Of a stretch of 64,000 nucleotides of DNA, positions 1 to 13,490 are shown piece after piece. This DNA is from Octopus sinensis (lineage: Eukaryota). The first letter of the stretch is position 1. Each line of letters begins with the position of its first letter. Below the pieces are notes generated by a model that was not told the DNA's origin, searched no databases, and saw nothing but the letters and a program-made list of their open reading frames with translations. Position numbers and translations under genes: made by a program. The DNA lies in NCBI RefSeq assembly GCF_006345805.1, contig NC_043011.1, positions 50,046,464-50,110,463 of the forward strand, read 5' to 3'.

Positions 1-1272
1 TTAATGGTAATTGGTAAAATATTCCTGGATATATTTCTGTACATTGAACAAAAGAATTATGACAGAATGACCTGTCAAAAGAAAAAAGGAAAATATTTAT
101 ATTCATGGAAATCATATTATTAAGTTCTTACTTTGCCGAATTGGATGTATTTCTATGTGGAGTACCTAAAGAATATTAGTGAATATCGTGCTTGAGAGAA
201 AATATTTTAATTCGCAAACATATTCATACATAGATACATGCATACATAGATATATACATATAATATATATATATATATATACATATATACATATATACGC
301 ACGTACATACACATATATAAGTATTTGATTATTTTAATTTTAAGTTTAAAAAAGTATTAAATAACAGCCCACGCTGGAACACCACTACCATAGGAGACTG
401 CATTAATCAAAAATTTACCCACCATGTTGATAAATATAAATGCTACATATATTTAAAATCTCTATTTATTAAACAAACCAAATTGTACGCATGTAGGAGA
501 AAAGAAAAAGTTCACAGCAAAAGTAACAAAAAAAAACAAGCGGAGCGCCCTGTCATCGCAAAATAATAAAATGTTATTAGACCCAGCATGATTTGAACAT
601 ACGAGCGCATCCTCGCATCAACAGGAAATGATCGTTGCAGGAAATACATAAGTATTTTAAAATACATACAAAAGCACACACACACACACACACATTCACT
701 CTCACACATCTGCACAAACCTAAAAAGGAAATAATACATTTACATACACACAAACACACTCACATACACACACATATGTGTGTCTATATCCTCCATCTGA
801 TATGATATTTAACAAGTTAAATGAAGAGCTAAAATACCAAGAATTACGTAGGGATATGTGAAGAATCCATACGATTAAGTAAAAGATATAAGCACATATA
901 CACGGGTACACACCTGTCTCTATATATTTATATATACACGCATGACAAATGACGCATAATATTTTATCAACTCATAAAATAGAGTTGTAAATATATGAAA
1001 TATAATAGAATACAAAAGAATATCTTAATATTTTCATATTTTCTTTGACATTTAAAAGAAGTTTTAAAATATTTCTCCTATCAATTTAACACACCTACCC
1101 CCATACACACACGCGCAAGCATGTGGATTCACACACTCATAGAGACAAATAATCTTTTCTTGATTCTCTCTCTATCATACCAATTAGTTTGTGCGCATGT
1201 GTGTATTTCAGTAAAGAAACTGTATGGTAGTACAAAGTAGATACTGATAATTTATTACTATCTATCAATCCA

Positions 1273-1327
<55 letters not shown>

Positions 1328-1328
1328 C

Positions 1329-1372
<44 letters not shown>

Positions 1373-1487
1373 TAGATAGTTAAAACTGACTGGGCATTTA
1401 TTTGTATTGGGTATACTGCATTGAAGACAAAGTAGCATTCTGACTAAAAGTGGTCGATCGCTCTGTTAGAAGCAGATAGAATTAATG

Positions 1488-1533
1488 AGCCAATCAGTTT
1501 AGATCATACATTACCCTCTAAAATTAGGGCGGG
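1488..1533 (+). promoter_or_regulatory. Candidate promoter elements for the GPCR: NF-Y-type CCAAT box plus GC box
   Basis: AGCCAATCAG at 1488-1497 and GGGCGGG at 1527-1533, 30 bp apart in otherwise very AT-rich DNA, 2.4 kb upstream of the ATG. No transcript data. Confidence 0.3.
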
Positions 1534-2078
1534 CTGACAGTAGCAGATACAAAATTGTAGGATTGGATGGTGATGACAGGAATGCTTTTCCTTTCCAACG
1601 AAAAGCAATAAAAAATTGTATCTGTATGAAATTTCAATAATAATAATAATAATAATATAATAATATAAAAAACAGCAACATCAACGCATACATATACATT
1701 ATTCAGTCATCAATACGATTGATAAAAATAAATGTCAAAAACTATATTAACCTGTTCATCGTCCAGTCATTCGAATGGACATTACAATTAAGTGTTAAAT
1801 GATCTGTAGCAAGCACCCCATCACATAAACACTTACTGTGATATTCACATCGATGTCGTAGTGATTGGTGCGAAACGGCTAACAAGTAACGGGTTTCTTG
1901 GTGTTCTTCTTATTGTTATTGGTGTTGTTTTACTTTCGTTCCTGTTCTTGTTATCGATATTCTTGTTATTTTCAGTGATTGAAAAACCAGAGAAAAAAAT
2001 CAGTTGAGCTAAAATAGTTTCTGAATCCTAATAAAATAAAAAAAGAGAAATTAAAGAAACGGAACAATAATATAATAT

Positions 2079-2118
<40 letters not shown>

Positions 2119-3184
2119 CATATGTATATATATGTAGTATTATATTTCATTATATGTACGAGAGATTGAGCATGTATGGGTTGTAACTTGAAGCTATAAA
2201 GAGAAACAACCGGAACAAGAATAAATACACGCTGTTAAATGAATTTCATTTCAATTTACTCCGCTCGTATCATCGTCAAAGCTATGTTGAGGAAGACATT
2301 TTATGACAATTCTATGACAATAATGGAGTGGTGAATCGAAAATAAGCTGCAAATACCAAAATTTACAAAATATTGCGACTTAATGATTCCTGTAAAATTA
2401 ATGTTTTACTCGAGGAGTCAAGCATTAAGGCTAATTTAAACACTACGACTTATAAATATACGAAAGAGACAAAACAACAACAAAAGCAACAGTAACAAAT
2501 ATAATAATATATTTGGAGAAAATACGGGAAAAAATTATTATAAACCGACAGAACACTGGAATTCTTTATAAATTCTTTTGCGAATTTTACGGCATTTGAA
2601 TAAATTTTTGTCCTCTTTCTGACAAATAATTTGAATGTAACTTCTTGAAATCTGTTTTATAAGCATAATTTCATTTTATATAAACTATCTTAAAAACTAA
2701 AAGAACAAAATATAAAATCATCAAATTTAAACAAGAAGCAATGAATGATAAAAAGAGATTGGAATTCATGCTAGGATCATTCTGGAACAATTTCAAGTGA
2801 AATTATGCAAGAAGACTTTATCATCACAGCAAGTGGGTTAAATTGAAAAGATGATAGAAACGTGATAGCCATCTACAAACAAATGCAAATATCGCTGATA
2901 ATAATAATAATAATAATAATAATAAACTGAAGGAAAATAACTAACTCCATCAACGATAAGATAGCTACAAGACTTTTGCTAATCTAATATTTCTTCATGC
3001 TATTGAGGTATTCCGAACATAAAGAAGACATACGTTATATAAAACAAAATGAGACAATTGGCGTCGGCATACATAAGTGCTTTAGTGATCATGTATTAAC
3101 TGTTTGAGCGATTCTTACAATTTCACGTTTGCATTAATATATAATAGTATACATACGAATATAATATACTTGAAAAGATATATA

Positions 3185-3227
<43 letters not shown>

Positions 3228-3774
3228 CATACATACATACAGACAGACATACATACATACATACATACATACATACATACATACATTTGTTTGCTTTGCG
3301 TTTTTTTTTTCAGAAACCACTCGAAGTGTCTCTTAGAGATAAATATTTAATAACATATTTATTTGGAAATGTCTATGCAGTAAAACGAGCAGTAACAAAT
3401 TACTGTTAAACTGCAAATCACCCCAAAGTGGAAAACCTCCATTGTCATATATTCAAGTATCTATAATTCCATTCTAAAAGTGAATAGTAAAGCAATATTT
3501 TTATGAAGAATCGCAAACCATATTTCGAAAGAAGCTTTCCGTGTGAGTGTAAGTGCAGACAGAAAAACGAAGTGTATAAAAAAAGCTAAAAAATAAAAAA
3601 GTTCGGGAAGTTTGAAAAATATAACCTTAACACAGACAGAAGCGAGGAAAATAAAAAGAAAGATTTCAAACAAATATTAAAAAAACAAAAAACTACCAAG
3701 AATAAGTTTTCCCCCTAGAGTTTTCTATATTTCTAACTTTCGGACAGTGTCTCACTCTCGCAATATATATTGCC

Positions 3775-3825
<51 letters not shown>

Positions 3826-3965
3826 GTTCTATCGGAAGTAATCTCTGATACAAATAAATGGCTAGTACTGTTTTGCTGGCTCCGATAGATAATATTAAAA
3901 AATTTCTAAAAAACCGCCTGGAATTTTAAAAGTTTAATTACAAATTTGACACAAACTTACAACAA

Positions 3966-5123
3966 ATGCAAATAAATCAAACTGCAAGCCGAACAAACAT
4001 GGCTGACTTTACAAACGAAACTTATGTAGAGGAATCTTCACTTGATTTCCTCTTTATTTTTAGGTCTATAGCAATGGTTGCTATAATGGTGTGCGCTGTT
4101 TTCGGGAACTTTCTGGTCATAATTAGCGTGTATAAATTCTATCGTCTACGAGTGTTAACGAACTATTTCATTGTGTCATTGGCGTTTGCAGACTTATTAG
4201 TCGCTTTAATGGTCATGCCGTTTAGTGCTAGTATCGAAATCATGAACGGCCAATGGTTTTTCGGCCGTACTATGTGTGATATATTTAATGCGAACGACGT
4301 TCTTTTCAGTACGGCTTCCATTTTGCATCTTTGTTGCATCAGTATGGATCGTTACATAGCTATAATGTATCCGTTAAAATATGATTGTCATATGACAAGG
4401 GTACGAGTATTAGTGATGCTCGTTATAACATGGGTGTCTTCAGTGTGTATATCTTACATTCCAGTTCATTCTCAGCTCTACACCACCAAAGAAAATGTTT
4501 TGGAGCTGTACAATGCAACGAACACGTGTCCGTTCGTAGTCAACACTCAATATGCAGTTATGTCGTCTTTCGTTTCGTTTTGGATACCTGGTGCGATAAT
4601 GGTTTGTTTGTATGTAAAAATATATTTGGAAGCTCGCAGACAAGAGCACGCTATTCAATCGACAGTGATGCTTCACACGAACTATCATAGTGGCCTATTG
4701 GCCAACGGAAGTCGATATACGGATACGTCAGAACAAAGAAATGAACGAAAGCGAATAAAGCGTGAACATAAAGCAGCTAAAACGCTGGGGATCATAATGG
4801 GCGCATTTCTTGCTTGTTTTATGCCGTTCTTCTCCTGGTATGTAATCACAAACATCTGCCAAGAGGCTTGCCCTTATCCCCCCGTATTGAGTTCGACACT
4901 ATTCTGGATCGGTTACTTTAATTCCTGTCTAAACCCTATAATCTATGCTTACTTCAATAGAGACTTTAGAAATGCTTTCATCAAACTGCTCAAACTTGAA
5001 AAATGCCGTTGTTTCCGGCAAGATTCCGACGTCGTTCATTTAAACTATGCTACGAATATCTCAGACCACAAAGACATGACAAGCGTTCATCTAAGTGTAG
5101 ACACCCGGAGGCAACCAGTATAA
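3966..5123 (+). CDS. Intronless class-A aminergic GPCR, beta-adrenergic-like octopamine receptor (Octbeta / Aplysia Ap oa1 type), 385 aa
   Basis: Seven hydrophobic segments with GN (TM1), SLAFADL (TM2), D3.32 in NANDVLFSTAS, DRY, TM5 SSFVSFWIP (S5.42/S5.43/S5.46), KAAKTLG, FFSWY, FWIGYFNSCLNPIIY (NPxxY), helix-8 RDFRNAF. N-terminal sequons NQT and NET. In-frame TAA at 3927-3929 makes ATG 3966 the first start. Subtype assigned by motif recognition, not by a search. Confidence 0.95.
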   Translation: MQINQTASRTNMADFTNETYVEESSLDFLFIFRSIAMVAIMVCAVFGNFLVIISVYKFYRLRVLTNYFIVSLAFADLLVALMVMPFSASIEIMNGQWFFGRTMCDIFNANDVLFSTASILHLCCISMDRYIAIMYPLKYDCHMTRVRVLVMLVITWVSSVCISYIPVHSQLYTTKENVLELYNATNTCPFVVNTQYAVMSSFVSFWIPGAIMVCLYVKIYLEARRQEHAIQSTVMLHTNYHSGLLANGSRYTDTSEQRNERKRIKREHKAAKTLGIIMGAFLACFMPFFSWYVITNICQEACPYPPVLSSTLFWIGYFNSCLNPIIYAYFNRDFRNAFIKLLKLEKCRCFRQDSDVVHLNYATNISDHKDMTSVHLSVDTRRQPV

Positions 5124-5176
5124 CTCCTTCTAAAAACTTAGATGAAATATAACAATGACTTTAAAAAAAAAAAAAA

Positions 5177-5258
5177 AATAAAATAAACCCACAGAAAAAC
5201 ATTTTTTTTTTAATCAAAAGAGGTAAAATGTGTGCTAAACATTAAGTGTGGTTTCGTG
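5177..5258 (+). promoter_or_regulatory. Possible proximal polyadenylation signal
   Basis: Overlapping AATAAA at 5177-5182 and 5182-5187, with T/GT-rich sequence downstream. It abuts a genomic A-tract, so internal priming could mimic use. Confidence 0.25.
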
Positions 5259-5474
5259 AAATATTTTTTTTTGTCTATTCATTTTGTCCTGTTTTTATTT
5301 TCTTGTTTTTCTTTCAGTTAAACAATGTCAGGAGTTTTTGGGTGAAAAGTAACAAAATTCCCACCGACACATTATCTAAAGATGGCAGTATTGAATTCTG
5401 AATTCTGTTCTTCTTTGCAACGATTTCCTTGAACTATGGAAGTAATACACATAGACAACAACAACAACAACAAC

Positions 5475-5506
<32 letters not shown>

Positions 5507-6068
5507 TAACAATAATAATAATAATAATGACAATGATAATGATAATGACAACAGCAACACCAACGATTATAAAATGAACGCCATTACAAATACATCCACT
5601 CTAAGATTTCCCTTATCCTCAAAGCTCATTAAAAAATTTGTGAGTATTTGTGCAAAGCGGTGGTATGATCAATACGCATCATATAACGACTATAATGAAA
5701 ATGATATTTAAAAAAAGACAGTTCAAAAAAGAAGTGAAAGAAGAAAATAAATGAAAATTATAGCAACAATATTAAATTCTATGTATTTTTTTATTATTAT
5801 AAAATTCAAAATCCTTAAATCTAATAAGCATATATATATAAATATATATATATATATGGCATATGTATATACCACTGTGGTGCTCCAGTATGACTGCAGC
5901 CGCATGGTTGAAGCGAGTAAAAGAATAGAAGACTATATATTTATATACATATAAATGAACATATGTATATATATATATTTCTATATGCATGTATGTATGA
6001 GTGTGTTTATGTGTGTTTGTGTTATATATGCATATATGCATGTAGATATATATATATATATATATGTA

Positions 6069-6101
<33 letters not shown>

Positions 6102-6198
6102 GGGGACACAATATTTGAGCGTGTCAGTATATGAGTATGCTGCTGTGATACGTCTATATCTATCTATATATATGTTTCGGTATGTATATATCTATCTG

Positions 6199-6240
<42 letters not shown>

Positions 6241-6853
6241 AATATATATAGAATATCTATATATATATATATCATATATTATACATATACATGCGTACAT
6301 ATGTATATTTTTATATATATGTCCTTGTATAAGATCATAGATGTATTCATTTAACATACAAGGTGTTGATTTGTATTTATTTGGGTATTATAAATCTGAA
6401 ATTATAATAATTAATCGAGTATCGTATGCAAGATCGAAAAACAAAGCAGAAACAAGAGGTAACTTGCTACTCGTCATTGTCAAAACTTGCGCATTCTCTT
6501 CGATTTCTCTTCTTTTCTAATTTTATATGATTTATTTGTTCTAATATCGCTATGTACTCCATATAAATGTATATATATTTACAATAAACATACACACCTA
6601 CATATACAATATATATATAATATATATTTGTATATATACATATATATATATGTTTTATATGTATATATATATATATATGATTACATATGTATATATATAA
6701 TATATATATAAATATAATATATACATATATATATATGTATATGTAAATTTATTTATATATGTATATATATATATATGTATGTAATGCATGAATGAGCATA
6801 ACCACACACATAACACACATACACACACATATATAGTATATGTATATATATAT

Positions 6854-6901
<48 letters not shown>

Positions 6902-7107
6902 GTGTGTATGTATGCATATGCATACATGAAATGAATGTGCTTGTGTGTGATACGAATGCGTATAGTTTTCATCCAAATTTCTAACTTTATATTCTCATCC
7001 GTCTCTCCGACTATATCCACATCATGCCAGTCTGTCCGTGCAAGGAAAACAAAGCGTGGAAAATCAGTATGCTTCCTTTAATGTTAAACAAAGAAACGCC
7101 CACACAC

Positions 7108-7145
<38 letters not shown>

Positions 7146-7336
7146 TATATACATATATGTATGTATATACATATAATATATAAATGCATATATATATACA
7201 CATATATACACACACATATATCATACTATAATATAGATTATATATGAGTGTGGGTGCTTCTTTACTCAATATAAAAAGAAACATACTAATTTCGAATGAT
7301 TTGGCTTCCTTGATCAGACAGGTCTATATATATATA

Positions 7337-7367
<31 letters not shown>

Positions 7368-7375
7368 AGATATAG

Positions 7376-7410
<35 letters not shown>

Positions 7411-7508
7411 TGTATGTATGTATGTATGTATGTATGTATGTTTGTATGTATGTGTGTGTGTGAGTGTGTGTAAATTCCTGCGTGTATATATATATGTATA
7501 AATATATG

Positions 7509-7555
<47 letters not shown>

Positions 7556-8414
7556 GCAGATTATTCACACATATACATAAAGTTCACAAAGTATACAGAC
7601 AAATGGATAATTTCCAACGCAAAGCAAATTTCGTAAAATAATACACAAAATAGATCTTTTGCAGAGTTCTGTAATATTTTCAATTCCAATAGCTCCAAGC
7701 AAATGGTAAAACCTCATCGAATTTCACTAATGATTCCTGGATATGTGAACACGTTCTAATCTGGTTTTGAAAGTCTTTGGTAAATTTTTATTGTCTATAA
7801 TGTGGATATGTGAAGATCGTTTATATATTTATTTTTTGAAGAAGTCTGGTGTATGCATACATATATACATATATGTGTGTGTTTCTGTGTGTATGTGTGT
7901 GTGTGTACATTCGTTCGTCCATGTGTGTGTATATGCTTGCATGCTTGAACATATGTGTGCATGGGGATATATAAATATGCTTTTCTGCATTGCTATACAA
8001 ATACTTATTAATATGAATAAATACATGTAAAATATTACGTATATACGTATATATATATACAAATATATACGTATGTATGTAGCATATATACATGTGTATA
8101 GATATATATATATATAATATAGAGACACACACAAATATGTATAAACATATATATATATATATATCAATATATATATATATAACATATATATATTATATAT
8201 ATAATATATATATATATATATAATATCTATATATTCATGCACGTATGTATATGTATGTATGTATGCATGTATGTATGTACTTATACATACTTGGATAAGT
8301 TTCTTTTCTCTTTCAAAGTATAAAACTTTTCTGATTTCCTTCTCACCTTATTTTCTTCACTTGTATGTACCACACACACAGACAGTTACCCCTACACGCA
8401 CACACTCACACACA

Positions 8415-8514
8415 NNNNNNNNNNNNNNNNNNNNNNNNNNNNNNNNNNNNNNNNNNNNNNNNNNNNNNNNNNNNNNNNNNNNNNNNNNNNNNNNNNNNNN
8501 NNNNNNNNNNNNNN
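8415..8514. other. Assembly gap (100 N)
   Basis: Run of exactly 100 N. Confidence 1.
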
Positions 8515-8550
8515 TGCTGACGCCCTAACCACTAAGCAACGCGCCTCCAC
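8515..8550 (-). mobile_element. tRNA-derived SINE head (family D-like), cut by the gap
   Basis: Reverse complement GTGGAGGCGCGTTGCTTAGTGGTTAGGGCGTCAGCA resembles the heads ending at 40017 and 47795 (A box). Confidence 0.5.
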
Positions 8551-9751
8551 TCTGCCTTACTTATTTGAAGGAAAAATGTATAAAACGCCAACTAGACATA
8601 AATATACGATAAATAAAACGAAAACATACGCTCAAAACAACGGTGTTATGGAATGACCGATGATGTAATGATGTTGGCAAATGTGGGAAACAAGTCAAGA
8701 TAAGTTTTGTATTATTTATTTCAGCGAGGTTGAAAGTGTCGGGGTATTGATAAGAAAATAACTAATTCAATCTAACGTGTACACTTGTTGGCAAGGAATT
8801 AGAGAATTGTTTATCGTGTAAATATTTGAGTTCCTCCATCTGTTGGGAAAAAAGAATAGTTAGGTTAATGTTAATAAGTATTGTTTCGCAAAAGCATTAC
8901 AAATTACCTTGAAATACTCATGGGATAGTGAACAAATTTGTATAATACTTAGAGGCACCGAAGTGGTCAACTGGCTTGAGATTATACCATGTTCATGAGG
9001 TCAGTATTGATACCAAAACGCGGTGGGTCTTGTTTAGCAGAACTTATAACAAGTTATATAATTTTTTGTTTTTTTTTGTATATTATTATCGTTTCTCATT
9101 GTTGCAATGCTTTATGTTCTATTCATGAATAAAGTTTGCATTATTTAAACTATTGCGATTAGATGTACACTCTACAAAACGATAAGGAAATACAAAATAT
9201 TAAAAAAAGACCCGTATAGAATGCAATATGTGAAACCTGCAAAGCTTTGATATCAATTTAACCGACTTTCCAAGGGAGTTAATAAAGATATGTAACAGTT
9301 TTAACACTTTCGATGATTCAATGAAATCTAGCACGTACGTGAAAGTGACTGTTGCTTCCAACATGACAATGTGTGTAAACCTCCCTGCGGTGTGTGTGTA
9401 TGTATCGCTCTCTCTGTTTACACACCACACCACACACATACACACACACATATACATATATATATAAATACAAACGCATATATATATATATACGTATATA
9501 AAGACATATGTACACAACATATAGAATATGTGAATGCTTCTGTATGCATACATCTATGCAGATAAGCATAAGTCTTATCTTATATATATATATATAATAT
9601 ATATATATAATATATTATATATAATAATATATATATACACACAACATACATATTCCCACATGTATATACACTATGCACACATGCTTACGTAGTGTTTGAT
9701 ACATATAATGTATATGTCTCTGTGTGCGCGTGTATTTGAGTACGTGTTTGC

Positions 9752-9782
<31 letters not shown>

Positions 9783-10194
9783 TGTATGTATGTATGTATG
9801 TACATCCAGATTATTTTGAGAATACTTTCAGATGTATAGCTAGAAACTGGATTATAGTCAGGTCATTCTGATATCTCTTATAGATCGATTATTGAGTAAT
9901 TTGATTAATTGTTATCAAATTACATTTACATATATACAGATAAATGTATACATAACAATACACACACGCACACACAGATTAATATATATGCATCTACATA
10001 ATACATACATACATACATACATTATATATATATATATATATATATATATAGATATATATATATATACGAAATTGATGCACTTGCACATAATATATATAGA
10101 AATATGTCATAGATATATATGCATCTGAACTATATAAAACCTATAAACATATAACATAATCAACAAATACACCTGTGCGTATTTGTGTGGTTGC

Positions 10195-10315
<121 letters not shown>

Positions 10316-10382
10316 TGTAGCTATGCATTGGCGTGTGTGGTTGTGTGTACATCTATAAGTATATACATCAAGAATAAACGAA

Positions 10383-10418
<36 letters not shown>

Positions 10419-11088
10419 TGTATGTATGTATGTATGTATGTATGTATGTATGTATGTATGTATGTACGTATGTATCAGTTCAAATACAGCTCAGCGTGCG
10501 AAAATCAAACGACTCTCTTTTCTCTGAGCTATCTTTCCAAAATTCAATAATAACCGATGATTATTGGAATATTTCGGCTGCAACAAAATATTTAGCTGGA
10601 AAGGTATCAAATGTATTAAAACGAAAAAAACCCCGACTATTCCCACAATACACCTGTTAAACTATATGTATATGCAAGTCTCCATCCTAATGTGTTTGTA
10701 TGCATTTTTAGGCGTGTGTGTGTCTATGAATGTGCGTTAGTTTCTTTCTATATTGACTGCATGACTGAGATAATCGTTTGAAGTTCTCACTTGAATTCCT
10801 CTCAGGAATACAGTACATTTAATCGTGGGTTCAATATTAAAGCTAAAATTAATGGAATGTTCCCTTATAATACAATCGAGTGCTTTATAGTAGAATGGTC
10901 TTCTTGTTTATATATATAACGTTTTCTTTTCCATCTATCTATCTATCTGTCTAAGCATCTATCTACATATCTATCTCCCTATCTATTATCTATCTATCAG
11001 TTTATCTAGCTGTCTTTTTATCTGTGTATGTATAAATGTATGTGTGTGTATATGTGCACATATATATATATATATAAATGTATATACA

Positions 11089-11205
<117 letters not shown>

Positions 11206-11343
11206 CTCTCTCTCTCTCTATATATATATACATATACAGAAAATTATCAATTAGTCAATTTAGGGTAGCAAAAAATTCAATAGAAATTTATCGCTACCAG
11301 CGGCCTAGTGGAAAAGAGAAAATAGTCAAAGACTAAATATATA

Positions 11344-11581
11344 AATATAACAATTTAGGAGTGACCTTAACAGGCCATTCGTCCACCAGAAAGAGCAGCC
11401 ATAACTCACACCGCCAAGTAGTAGTAATTCAGAAATTAGGTGAAAATTTAAAAACATTTACCCTAATTCATTCTTTTATTTCACCTAATTTCTGAATTAC
11501 TATACTTGGCGGGGTGTGAGTTATGGCTGCTCTTTCTGGTGGACGAATGGCCTGTTAAGGTCACTCCTAAATTGTTATATT
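11344..11581. mobile_element. MITE-like foldback element with ~100-bp inverted arms in TA context
   Basis: Left arm 11344-11445 (AATATAACAATTTAGGAGTGACC...GGTGAAA) is the near-perfect reverse complement of 11479-11581. Spacer ~33 bp. Confidence 0.85.
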
Positions 11582-11682
11582 ATATACATATACATATACA
11601 TAATATATATATATTATATATATATATATTATATATAATATATATATATATATATGTATATATATACATACATACATACATA

Positions 11683-11762
<80 letters not shown>

Positions 11763-11765
<3 letters not shown>

Positions 11766-11833
11766 TACTCTGATTTTTACTCTTTTACTTGTTTCAGTTA
11801 TTTGACTGTGGCCATGCAGGAGCACCGCCTTTA
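11763..11833 (-). mobile_element. SINE family A 3' fragment
   Basis: TTTTACTTGTTTCAG...GGCCATGCAGGAGCACCGCCTTTAG is the reverse complement of the family A 3' end at 19178-19241. Confidence 0.8.
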
Positions 11834-12624
11834 GACGCTCGGTGGTGCGGTGAAAGCACGCTAAAAACAACAAAAAACGCCCAAAAACAAACGAAGCACG
11901 CTTCTCCTTCCCTTACATGCTTTTATTTATACTTTAGCAGATCTACATCTCTTTCGCCATCCCACGTATTTTTTGGGACACTTTCATATCTTTTATGTCC
12001 TCACATACATGCATTCACTCCACTCTGCCAAACGTTACAACCACACACTCATACACCCCAACCAATATTCTTCACTCCTCCCACACACTTTTTAACGCCT
12101 CCTTACTTTCAGACTTTCGTATATCTTGCACATAAACATACCTCTTCTCTTAAGCCCGTTTCCTCTCATACATCCATCTACATACACATTCATTCCTCCC
12201 TTCATAATTTCCCAAGAGAACATAATTCCCCACTCCGGCATACGCTGTTTTCTCACAGTTCACAAATTCTCCGATGTCTTTTCTCTATATTCTTTTACTA
12301 TTGGTGTTGCACATATTTTCATTATCATTTTCTGATTTTACTTTATAATTATTTTTCTTTCCTGCACTCATTATTTCTTTCTGTCACAAAACCAAATCTT
12401 CTTTTCTCTTTCCCTTTTTTTCTGATGAAGGACTAACATCCAAAACGCTCACACGCTATCCGCTAATTCATAGTCACTAAAATAATGCCGTGCTTGTAAG
12501 ACGCTTTTCTTCGTGTATTGTTCATTCTTTGTTATTTTGTCATTAAATTTTCTTGTCAGCGCTTTCACGGATTTGTCATGACTTTGAACACGGAACTGCA
12601 AGTTTGAGTTCACTATTGATGATT

Positions 12625-13487
12625 TTACTACAGACAGTGCATGGATTTACCAAAGACATAAATATGAAATATGGCTTAGAAAAATGCGCCAAAACAAGCA
12701 ATCTTGAAAAGAGGAAAACTAGTTAAGAGTAGCTACACCACACGAGATAAAGCAAATGAAATAAGAGAATTAAACCAAAGCCATGCATACAAATATTTAT
12801 GAATAAATGAACTAGATACGATACAACACACAAATGAAAGAGAAAATAAAGAAAGAATACTATAGACAAATTAGATTAATACTGAAAACAGATCTCAATG
12901 CGAAAAACAAGAAATAGGTATTAACACATTAGCCGTCCCAGTTATAAGTTACAGCTACAATATCCTTAATTGGGATCTAAATGAACTAATCAAAATATAC
13001 AGGTAAACAAGAAAAATAATGACAGGATTTAGGATGCACCACCCAAAATCTGACATAGAAAGATTATATATAGAACGTACAGAAGTTGGTAGAGGCCTTA
13101 TACAGCTGGAAAATAACCACCATAGGACTACAAATATACCTACTTCAGAAGTAAGGAAAACTAATACAAATAGCCACAAAACAAGAACAAAGCAAAACAC
13201 TTTTCAGTCTTTAAGGAACCTGACAAATACAAATAAGAAGTCATAGCATCTAACAACTATGAAGAAGAGGAAGGAACAACAAAAGCTGTAAAACAAAGGA
13301 AATCCAAAATAAATCTAGAACATCAACGGATCAGGATAAAATGATGGCAAAATGCCCCTTCATGGCAAATACTGGGTTAAACTAAACGCAGAAGAAAGTG
13401 ACAAAGCAAAATCCCAACAATGGTTGAGAAACTCAGGACTCAAAGCAGAAACTGAAGGATTTTTAATTGCAGCACAAGACCAAGCAT
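12625..13487 (+). mobile_element. R4/Dong-clade non-LTR retrotransposon fragment (subfamily Dong-A), late RT/thumb region, decayed
   Basis: Translates with stops/frameshifts as LQTVHGFTKDINMKYGLEKCAK...GINTLAVPVISYSY...MTGFRMHHPKSDIERLYIERTEVGRGLIQLE...GLKAETEGFLIAAQDQ. Colinear with 26620-27440. Confidence 0.85.
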
Positions 13488-13490
13488 AGT

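Noticed and set aside
4385-4690. Overlapping ORFs inside the GPCR (101 aa plus, 82 aa minus)
   Set aside because: Shadow frames of a real coding sequence; no independent evidence.
5163-5187. A-tract after the stop codon suggesting the GPCR is a retrogene
   Set aside because: No TSD found, the tract is only 40 bp after the stop, and intronless aminergic GPCR coding regions are common.
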